Positions 9,510-17,482 of a stretch of DNA of 64,000 bases are shown here, piece after piece. Both the position numbers and the translations under genes were made by a program. Position 1 is the first letter of the stretch, and each line of letters starts with the position of its first letter. Origin of the DNA: Elusimicrobiota bacterium (GTDB lineage: Bacteria; Elusimicrobiota; Elusimicrobia; F11); contig JBJXGI010000103.1 of the NCBI GenBank assembly GCA_046153645.1, positions 1 to 64,000 of the forward strand, given 5' to 3'. Under the pieces are notes generated by a model that had not been told where the DNA came from, made no database searches, and saw only the letters and a program-made list of their open reading frames with translations.

Positions 9510-9537
9510 TTATCGGTATTGCAGCTGAGATGCTTGA
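9510..9537 (-). promoter_or_regulatory. sigma28 (FliA)-type promoter
   Basis: Minus strand TCAAG-N15-ACCGATAA upstream of the 9470 operon. Confidence 0.7.
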
Positions 9538-9556
9538 ATCAAAATAAAGCGTCGTT

Positions 9557-9572
9557 TGGCACGAACTTTGCT
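9557..9572 (+). promoter_or_regulatory. sigma54 -24/-12 promoter
   Basis: TGGCACGAACTTTGCT, consensus match, intergenic. Confidence 0.8.
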
Positions 9573-9584
9573 TATAAATAAGGC

Positions 9585-10232
9585 GTGAATACTATATTTT
9601 CAAAACGACTTGTTTTCTCAATCTTTTTTGGTTTAGGGCTTATTTGTTCTTCCGTTATGGGGTGGTATCACTATTTATATTTTTCTTCTGCCGTTCCCGC
9701 CGATCATTTAGAAATGAATGTAAGAGCTTTATGTCGTGAACTTGGGGAGTTTTGCGAGAGGAAAAATTTTAAAGGAGTTATTACAGAATTAGATGTGATT
9801 GAAGGCATTGAAGAAGGAGAATTCTCTTCATTTGTTATGTCACTTATAAATTCTGAATTTAGCGTCATTTTTGAAAAGATGGTAGCTGCTGGCAATGTTC
9901 GAAAGTTAGCGATATCCCAAGTCAATGAGGCTTTAAAAGATAAAGAGTGGAATGGTAAAAACCCTGATATCACCAAAATGTCGCCGGATTTTTTTCTTGT
10001 CTCTCGTTGGACTTGGATTGTTCCAAAAGAGAAATTTCAACTCTCTATTAAAATTGTTCGATGCAGTATTAATGCGGATTTTGTTGAAGGAACAAAACAG
10101 ATTGTTTTTCCACCATTTCTTGAAAAATTAAAAATAAAAAAAGAAAAAGCGCGCTGGCCTTTCATAGGATCGTTGGGATGCACCATGTTTTGTTTTTTAG
10201 GTTTCTTATGGCAACTAAGACCAACACATTAA
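9585..10232 (+). CDS. Hypothetical protein with N- and C-terminal TM segments
   Basis: 215 aa ORF after a sigma54 site; hydrophobic ends; no family recognised. Confidence 0.6.
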   Translation: MNTIFSKRLVFSIFFGLGLICSSVMGWYHYLYFSSAVPADHLEMNVRALCRELGEFCERKNFKGVITELDVIEGIEEGEFSSFVMSLINSEFSVIFEKMVAAGNVRKLAISQVNEALKDKEWNGKNPDITKMSPDFFLVSRWTWIVPKEKFQLSIKIVRCSINADFVEGTKQIVFPPFLEKLKIKKEKARWPFIGSLGCTMFCFLGFLWQLRPTH

Positions 10233-11506
10233 TTTTATTTTTACTTATTTTTGTGGTTATTGGTTGTTCAGGAATGAAGATCAAAAATTCATCACAAAAA
10301 AAAGAATTGGAAACGATTGACGCGACGGGAAGTGCGTTTATTGAAAATGGGGACGTTATTAAAGCTCAGAGAGGTGCTTTAGCTGAAGCTCAACGAAGTG
10401 CGGTTGAAAAAGCATTGGGTGTGATGGTTTATGGTCGGATTGTTGTTGATAAAGCGGTCGCGGTACAGAATCGAATTTTATCTCGTACTGAAGGTGAAGT
10501 CAAAAAATACGATATTTTAAGTGAACAAGTTGTTGGTGACGTTTATCAAATACGCATAAAAGCGTTGGTTTCTCTCAAAGAACCTAACGGGAAAAACCCC
10601 ATAGAAAGTGAAGAAAAAATTCAGTTGTTTATTGAAGGAGGGATGAAAGAACTGAATTCAAAAAATGTTTTTGAAGCGCTGAAACTTTTTTTGATGGCCG
10701 AAGCAGAAGCCTTGAATGACACAATGGCTGAAGAGGCTCGAAGTCATATAAGGGAAGTGCTTTCTCAAATAAAAGGAGAATTAAGCACCACTCAAATTCC
10801 ATTTAATGGTGAAGGTCGTCCGCTCTATCCATTCGAATTTAAATTGGTTTATGGCAGCCAAAACCTTCCATTGGTCAACTGGCCTTTGAAAGTAGATTTT
10901 ATCCAGAGTCGTGGTCGAGGGTGCGCCATAATGAAAACAAATGAGCAGGGAATAGTCGTTATTGATATCCCTTATATAGATCCTTATAAGACTCAGGCAT
11001 TACTGGGTATTTCTCCTGCTTGGAGTGAAATGGGAGGTTCTAGTCGAACTGTGGCTGCTCTTTTATGGCAGCAAACTTATGTGAAACAAACGAAATTAGC
11101 TATTAGGGTAAAAGCTACTGATCCTCAATTCTCAAAAATTGTTCAGACAACTATTAAAAAAATTGTTGGAAATTTATCGGGTGGAAGATTTGATATTCAA
11201 CCTTTAGATGAAGATAAGTTCATAGGGATGGAGGCTGATTTCTTGGTGGATAAAGACTATTTTTTAAAAATAGATATCAATTCCAAAAGTTCTAAACATC
11301 CTGTTTTGTCCTTATTTAATATGAAAACAAAGGCCTGTATAACTTTGCAACATTTATCTGATGGAGAACAACTATTTGAGGATTGTAGTTTGGCCACAGA
11401 GTCAATAGGTCCTGATGTTAATGTCTCATTTAATCAAGCTTTTTCAGAACTGGAATTAAAATTAATTAATTTTCTAAAGAAAAAAATGGAGTCAATATCG
11501 ATCTAA
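10208..11506 (+). CDS. Lipoprotein with FlgT_N/LPP20-like N-terminal domain
   Basis: Lipobox VIGC after a hydrophobic stretch (start ATG 10208); IDATGSAFIENGDVIKAQRGALAEAQRSAVEKALGVMV...GEVKKYDILSE. Confidence 0.65.
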   Translation: MATKTNTLILFLLIFVVIGCSGMKIKNSSQKKELETIDATGSAFIENGDVIKAQRGALAEAQRSAVEKALGVMVYGRIVVDKAVAVQNRILSRTEGEVKKYDILSEQVVGDVYQIRIKALVSLKEPNGKNPIESEEKIQLFIEGGMKELNSKNVFEALKLFLMAEAEALNDTMAEEARSHIREVLSQIKGELSTTQIPFNGEGRPLYPFEFKLVYGSQNLPLVNWPLKVDFIQSRGRGCAIMKTNEQGIVVIDIPYIDPYKTQALLGISPAWSEMGGSSRTVAALLWQQTYVKQTKLAIRVKATDPQFSKIVQTTIKKIVGNLSGGRFDIQPLDEDKFIGMEADFLVDKDYFLKIDINSKSSKHPVLSLFNMKTKACITLQHLSDGEQLFEDCSLATESIGPDVNVSFNQAFSELELKLINFLKKKMESISI

Positions 11507-11525
11507 CTCTGTTAATCACTAAGGC

Positions 11526-11552
11526 TCAAGATTTCAGATAGATAACCGATAA
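11526..11552 (+). promoter_or_regulatory. sigma28-type promoter
   Basis: TCAAG-N14-ACCGATAA, 10 nt before ATG 11563. Confidence 0.7.
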
Positions 11553-11562
11553 CACTTAAAGA

Positions 11563-14265
11563 ATGAAAAAGATATTTGATGCGACCAAAACAATTTTTCT
11601 CCGAGTAAAAATACTATTACCCTTATTAACTCTTTCGATCCTGGTCGGGTTTATTGATTTTAGAATAGGTGTGATATTAAGTGTTTTTTCATTTTTGGCT
11701 TATGGATTTGTGAAGTTGGCCATTGTTCGGCCTATTCAATTGTTACATCAAGCGATAGATGGAAGAGAGGGGAAAAAAAATATTAAGGCCCTCCTGACGC
11801 CGGGTCGTGATGAGATTGAACAGTTGGCTGAAACCATTAATAATATTTTAAACCAATTATCCGAAAGTGAAGAGAATTTTCGCCAAATGGCAGAAAGTAT
11901 TCATGCGGTGTTTTGGATGACAACTCCAGACCAAAAGAACATTGTTTATATTAGTCCCGCTTTTGAGAACATGTGGGGCATAAAATTAGAGGAGTTATTG
12001 AAAGATCCTAGTTTGAGGTTTAAAGCCATCCTTTCTGATGATCGCGAAATCGTTGAATCGTGTTATCGAGAAAACGCGCGAAAGAACTTCGATGTGGAGT
12101 ATCGAATCCAACGGCCTGATGGAAAAATATTATGGATTCATGATCGAGGTTATCCTGTTAAAGATGCCAAAGGCGAAATTATCAGAATCACGGGAATGTC
12201 TACGGATATTTCCGAACGTAAAAAATCTGAAGACGCGCTTATTCGAAGTGAAGCTCAAAATCAACAACTTATTAAAGATTTAGAAGTTGCCAATACCAAG
12301 GCACTGCAAGCAGCCAGGGTCAAAGGTGATTTTTTGGCCAACATGAGTCATGAAATCAGAACACCGATGAATGGGGTGATGGGAACCCTTGAATTATTAA
12401 GCGGAACAGATTTAAATCAAGAACAAAGAGAATATGTAACAACAGCAACAAAATCTGCCGAGTTTTTATTAGAAATAATTAATGATGTCTTAGATTTCTC
12501 AAAGATTGAGGCTGGAAAGCTAAACATCAACCCAACCATTATGAATTTAATGGTCGTTATTGAAGATGTGGTTGAAATGTTAGCCATGAAGGCTGAAGAG
12601 AAAGGGATTGAATTGGCTTTTCGATATGCACGAAACGTCCCTGTTAATATTATTGCTGATCCCGCCCGCATCAAACAGATTTTGGTTAATTTGATTGGTA
12701 ATGCCATTAAATTTACAGAAACAGGGCATGTGTTTATTAATGTTGAAGTCGACCAAATTAACCAGGGAAAAGGAACTTTTTTGATTTCTGTTGAAGATAC
12801 GGGGATAGGAATTCCTGAAGACCGTGTAGAGAGTATTTTTGAAACATTTACACAGGTTGACTCTTCAACTTCGAGAAAGTTTGGTGGCACCGGTCTTGGT
12901 TTAACAATTTGCCGGCAAATGGCCAAAATGATTAACGGAAGTATTGAAGTAAAAAGCAAGTTGGGAGTGGGCTCCACTTTTACATTTAGTGTTACTGTTC
13001 CCTTGGCTAAAGAGAGTGTTACGTTTGCAGAATCTCGATCTCTAAAAAATTTAAATATTGCCGTTGTTGATGATAATGAGGGGAATCAACGCATTTTGCA
13101 TGAATTAATTTCCGCCCAAGGAAATCGATGTGAAATATTTTCTTCAGGGCAACAGGCTTTTGGTGCCATTCAAAGATCTTGGAATGGCGGGGACCCGATT
13201 CACATGGTATTGATAGATAAAAAACTTCCTTTAATGGATGGGGAGTTACTGGGTCGAAAGATAAAGTCTGACCCTCAATTGTCTCAGATAGAGCTCATCA
13301 TGATGGTGACGATGGGAGATTTAGCCAACACGCAAAAATTAAAACTTTCCGGATTTTCTGGGCATATTACTAAGCCCATACGTCCATCTCAGATTATAAA
13401 TATGTTAAGTCAAATTTGGGAAAAACAAGGAAGTATAAGGACTACCATGGAACCAATCCCCGTAAATCATGAAAAGAACATTGATAAAAACAAAGATCAA
13501 ATTAACAGTGCCCAGGTTTTATTTCATTCAGATGTGTTATTGGTAGAGGATACAGTTATTAACCAACAAGTTGCTGTTCGTATGCTTGAGAAATTAGGGT
13601 GTCGTGTTGAAGTGGCGAATAATGGAGTGGAAGCAGTTAAAAAAATAAAAGATTACCCTTATTCTTTGGTTTTTATGGACTGTCAAATGCCTGAAATGGA
13701 TGGTTATCAGGCGACACAAGAAATTCGAAAATTTGAACGGGATGCAGGATGTCATCTTCCCATCATTGCTATGACGGCCCATGCCTTAGAAGGAGATCGT
13801 GAAAAGTGCTTGGAATTTGGCATGGACGATTATATTTCCAAACCAATTAAGTCTGCTATTTTTATCAAGGTACTAACTCAATGGAATATTCACTTAGATC
13901 TTGAAGTCATTGAGGGATTGGCCGAACTTAATGGAAACGATAATCAATTTCGAGAAAAATTAATGCACGATTTTCTTTCAGATACAGCCAAACGGATTAA
14001 TTCCATAAAACAAAGTGTTATCGACAAAAATTTTTCTCAAGTTCGATCCCTTGCTCATTCTATTCGTGGGTCAGCCGGTACAATGGGAGCCCGACGAATT
14101 TATAATTTATGTTCATGGATCGAATTAGCGTCTGAAGTCGAAGGATGGGATCAAAAAGCGTTAAAAGTGGTCACAGGGTTAGAAAATGAATTTTTAAGTG
14201 TAGAAAAAACTTTTAAATCATTTGAAGAAGGTAAGTTTATTCCTAAATCAGAGCGAGCAGCATAG
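11563..14265 (+). CDS. Unorthodox hybrid kinase TM-HAMP-PAS-HisKA-HATPase-REC-REC-Hpt
   Basis: FLANMSHEIRTPMNG; FGGTGLGL; two receivers (VLID, VFMDCQMP); Hpt LAHSIRGSAGTMGA; ends ERAA. Confidence 0.95.
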   Translation: MKKIFDATKTIFLRVKILLPLLTLSILVGFIDFRIGVILSVFSFLAYGFVKLAIVRPIQLLHQAIDGREGKKNIKALLTPGRDEIEQLAETINNILNQLSESEENFRQMAESIHAVFWMTTPDQKNIVYISPAFENMWGIKLEELLKDPSLRFKAILSDDREIVESCYRENARKNFDVEYRIQRPDGKILWIHDRGYPVKDAKGEIIRITGMSTDISERKKSEDALIRSEAQNQQLIKDLEVANTKALQAARVKGDFLANMSHEIRTPMNGVMGTLELLSGTDLNQEQREYVTTATKSAEFLLEIINDVLDFSKIEAGKLNINPTIMNLMVVIEDVVEMLAMKAEEKGIELAFRYARNVPVNIIADPARIKQILVNLIGNAIKFTETGHVFINVEVDQINQGKGTFLISVEDTGIGIPEDRVESIFETFTQVDSSTSRKFGGTGLGLTICRQMAKMINGSIEVKSKLGVGSTFTFSVTVPLAKESVTFAESRSLKNLNIAVVDDNEGNQRILHELISAQGNRCEIFSSGQQAFGAIQRSWNGGDPIHMVLIDKKLPLMDGELLGRKIKSDPQLSQIELIMMVTMGDLANTQKLKLSGFSGHITKPIRPSQIINMLSQIWEKQGSIRTTMEPIPVNHEKNIDKNKDQINSAQVLFHSDVLLVEDTVINQQVAVRMLEKLGCRVEVANNGVEAVKKIKDYPYSLVFMDCQMPEMDGYQATQEIRKFERDAGCHLPIIAMTAHALEGDREKCLEFGMDDYISKPIKSAIFIKVLTQWNIHLDLEVIEGLAELNGNDNQFREKLMHDFLSDTAKRINSIKQSVIDKNFSQVRSLAHSIRGSAGTMGARRIYNLCSWIELASEVEGWDQKALKVVTGLENEFLSVEKTFKSFEEGKFIPKSERAA

Positions 14266-14275
14266 AGGACATTCG

Positions 14276-15403
14276 ATGAAAGTGTTGATTGTTGAAGATG
14301 ATCAAACCACGCGTCAGTTTTATGAGAAAGTAGCCAAAACTCTCGATTTGGAGCCATACGCATTTCCAGATGCTGAATCTGCTTGGATCGCTTACGAAAA
14401 TGAATCCTTTCCGATTGTTATATTAGATTGGTTACTTCCAGGTATGAATGGTCTTCAGTTGTGCCAACAGATGCGTGCCCACTCCCTTGGTCAGTGGAGT
14501 GTGATTTTAGTTGCTACTGTCAAAAATCATACAAATGATTTAAGGGAAGTTTTAAAGGCAGGGGCGGATGATTATATAACGAAACCTTTGGATATAGAGC
14601 ATTTACAAATTCGATTGGAAATTGCCAAAAACAACGCTCAAAAATTAATGGAAAAACAAAAAACAGATGGGCAGTTGCAAGAATTGCGTGATCAAATGCT
14701 TATTGCTGAAAGGTTGGTTTCGGTTCGAGGTATGGTTTCAGGCGTTTCACATGAGCTCAATAATCCCTTACAAGGCATATTAGGAATGTCGCAAGTTTTA
14801 GTCGTTGAGGCCAAAGATCAGGGGATTAAAGCCGATATAGAGGAAATCATTCAATTGGCAAATCAGTGTAAAACAATTATTCATGACCTTCTTATATTTT
14901 CTGAAGGCGAAGAGAAAAATAAAGAAATTGTAGATATGCATCAGGCTTTAGAACGGTTTTTGAATATTTGGAAGAAAAAAATGGTTTCTGAAAATGTGCA
15001 TGTCATTAAAAAATTTGATTCTGAAGCGGCCCCTGTCAACGGCAATATGAGCAGAATAAACCAAGTATTGTTTCACTTATTTCAAAATGCGGTGCAGGCC
15101 ATGCCTCAAGGGGGACTTATCATCATTGAAACTAAAGTTGATAAGAGTGACGTTCAAAATTATTTAGAGATGAAATTCAAAGATACGGGCCAAGGAATTG
15201 CCGCAGATCAAATTAAGCAAGTTTTTGATCCATTTTTTACAACCAGAGAAGTTGGAGAAGGGAAAGGGCTTGGTCTGTCTGTTTGCCATGGAATTATTCG
15301 TGAATATGGCGGTCAAGTTAAGATTCAAAGTGAAGGACTTGGGAAAGGAACTGTTGTTACGGTTCGTTTGCCTCTTGTTTCACTTAATGAATCAAAGGTA
15401 TAA
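14276..15403 (+). CDS. Receiver-histidine kinase hybrid
   Basis: GAGG RBS; VILDWLLP; VSHELNNPL; PFFTTREVGEGKGLGL. Confidence 0.93.
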   Translation: MKVLIVEDDQTTRQFYEKVAKTLDLEPYAFPDAESAWIAYENESFPIVILDWLLPGMNGLQLCQQMRAHSLGQWSVILVATVKNHTNDLREVLKAGADDYITKPLDIEHLQIRLEIAKNNAQKLMEKQKTDGQLQELRDQMLIAERLVSVRGMVSGVSHELNNPLQGILGMSQVLVVEAKDQGIKADIEEIIQLANQCKTIIHDLLIFSEGEEKNKEIVDMHQALERFLNIWKKKMVSENVHVIKKFDSEAAPVNGNMSRINQVLFHLFQNAVQAMPQGGLIIIETKVDKSDVQNYLEMKFKDTGQGIAADQIKQVFDPFFTTREVGEGKGLGLSVCHGIIREYGGQVKIQSEGLGKGTVVTVRLPLVSLNESKV

Positions 15404-15407
15404 AAAT

Positions 15408-16944
15408 ATGGGCTCTATTATTCATGCGTCAAAAGTGTACACAAAAGAAGAACTTCGATTACTTGAAACAATTCCCGATCCTTGTTCCATTATTATTTTT
15501 GGAGCTTCTGGAGATTTGGCTTTTAGAAAACTGTTCCCTTCTATTTTTTTCCTTTTAGAACAAGGTTTAATGCCTAAAAATTTTTACGTGCTGGGCGTGG
15601 CACGTACACCACTTTCTAAAGAAGAATTTCATGGGAAGTTAATGGCTAGTTTACCTGTTGATGTGAGTTTAGATCTTAAGAAAGAATTTATTGAAAGGTG
15701 TAATTATTTATCAGGAGATTATGGAGCGTCTCAAACTTATCAAGATTTAAATGAGTGTTTAAATAGTTTGGATGTAAAGTACGGAGTGGGGAAAAAAAGA
15801 GTATTTTATTTGTCGGTGCCCCCCTTCTATATATGGAACTGTTATTCAGAATTTGGGGGAGGCGCGGCTAACAGATTTTTCTGAATCTCAAAATGAATGG
15901 TCTCGCGTTATTATAGAAAAACCATTTGGCTTTTCATTCGATTCCGCTAATAAATTAAACGAGGAAATTAAAAATGTTTTACGAGAAAAACAAATATATC
16001 GAATTGATCATTATTTAGGTAAAGAAACAGTCCAAAATATAATGATGTTTCGTTTTGCCAATATTTTATTTGAACCTGTTTGGAATAGAAATTATATCGA
16101 TCATATTCAAATCACAGCCTCGGAGAAATTAGGAGTGGAACATCGAGCTGGTTATTATGAACAAACGGGAATATTGAGAGATATGTTCCAAAATCATTTG
16201 CTTCAAATTTTGGCTTTGATTGCGATGGAGCCGCCCTCGGGCCAAGATGCCGACACGGTGCGAGATAAACGCGTTGAGGTTTTTAAATGTTTTAGATCGT
16301 TAAGCAACCCCGTGATGGAACAAAATACAATTTGCGGTCAATATGCGGCCGGTTTTATTGATGGTAATGAGGTATGTGGGTATCGCCAAGAAAAAAATGT
16401 TAATCCAAAATCGATTACACCCACCTATGCCGCTATTCGATTTGAATTGGACAATTGGCGCTGGCAAGGGGTTCCGTTTTATATGCGCGCTGGAAAAAGA
16501 CTGGAGGACCGTTTGGTTGAGGTGGTGGTTCATTTCAAGCGTGTTCCCGCTTCAATATTTACGCCGCTTTTTGCGGATCAACTGTCCGCGAATATTCTCA
16601 AATTTAGAATTCAACCCGATGAAGGAATCACCATTCAATTTGAAGCCAAACACCCTGGGCCAAAATTATGCATGAGTACGGTCACCATGGATTTTGGCTA
16701 TCAAAAAACATTTAAAACACCGCCTCCAGAATCATATGCTCGTTTATTGCACGATGCGATGGTTGGAGATCAAACCCTTTTCGCTCGGAGTGACGAAATA
16801 CTGCAATCATGGCGTATTATTGACCCTGTCATAAAATATTGGGAAGCGAAATCACACTTTGATTTGCCGCTTTATCCCGCAGGAAGCTGGGGACCTAAAG
16901 AAAGTGATATGTTGCTCGCCAAAAGCGGACGAAGTTGGTATTAA
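15408..16944 (+). pseudogene. zwf: Glucose-6-phosphate 1-dehydrogenase, split by a +1 frameshift in a C6 run (15819-15824)
   Basis: IFGASGDLAFRKLFP in the first frame; EKPFG, RIDHYLGKE, RDMFQNHLLQ, RWQGVPFY in the second; removing one C restores YLSVPPSIYGTVIQNLGEA. Confidence 0.9.
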
Positions 16945-16955
16945 AATAAGTATTA

Positions 16956-17100
16956 CTTTAGCATCCTGAGTAAATTCAACATGCGGAAGTCGTCATCCCC
17001 GAAATTTTCTATCGGGGATCTAAACTTCAACAAAAGATAGATTCCCGATAACAACATTCGGGAATGACAACCAATCCGTCGGCAACTCAAAATGTTAAAG
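16956..17100. repeat. REP/MITE-like palindromic element between convergent genes
   Basis: GTCATCCCCGA...TCGGGGATCTA...TAGATTCCCGA...TCGGGAATGAC (16992-17068) inside a 16-bp imperfect inverted repeat (13/16 match). Confidence 0.7.
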
Positions 17101-17105
17101 AGACA

Positions 17106-17471
17106 TTAAAATAACACTTCTTTAGTTTTTGTAAGGTTGCCTAAGTTTTCTCTGTTTATTTCTTCTAATTTTATTGCCAATTTTTTTTGTTTTGCCAGAA
17201 GGGCGTTGCATTCGGCGATTTGTATTTTTTCATTTATATTTTGAGGGTTTGTGAATAAGGTTTTGTGTTTTTTCCAAAAAAAATATTTTTTTAATTCGTT
17301 GATTTTAATTCTTTGAGTAAGAATGTTTTTTTGAATCAGCAATTCAGGTAATTCAGTAAATTGTTCTTTGTTAATGAGTGATTCTTCTCTCATTGAGAGT
17401 AAAATCAATTTTTTTAATTTCTTAATCTCATCTTTTAATGTCAAATTAAAAAAAAGTAAATCAGTATTCAT
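17106..17471 (-). CDS. Small helical protein, FlgN/FliT-chaperone-like
   Basis: LKDEIKKLKKLILLSMREESLINKEQFTELPELLIQKNIL...LEEINRENL pattern resembles FlgN; 11 nt downstream of glgP. Confidence 0.5.
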   Translation of the reverse strand: MNTDLLFFNLTLKDEIKKLKKLILLSMREESLINKEQFTELPELLIQKNILTQRIKINELKKYFFWKKHKTLFTNPQNINEKIQIAECNALLAKQKKLAIKLEEINRENLGNLTKTKEVLF

Positions 17472-17482
17472 TGGATTCTTTT

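Noticed and set aside
12417..12977. 186-aa antisense ORF, and similar shadow ORFs (e.g. 46539-46994, 55910-56302, 57961-58350)
   Set aside because: They lie opposite well-supported genes and show no recognisable motifs; typical antisense shadows.
15198..15407. 70-aa N-terminal extension of the first zwf ORF
   Set aside because: Overlaps the upstream kinase in another frame; ATG 15408 directly follows that stop and begins the G6PD-like sequence.
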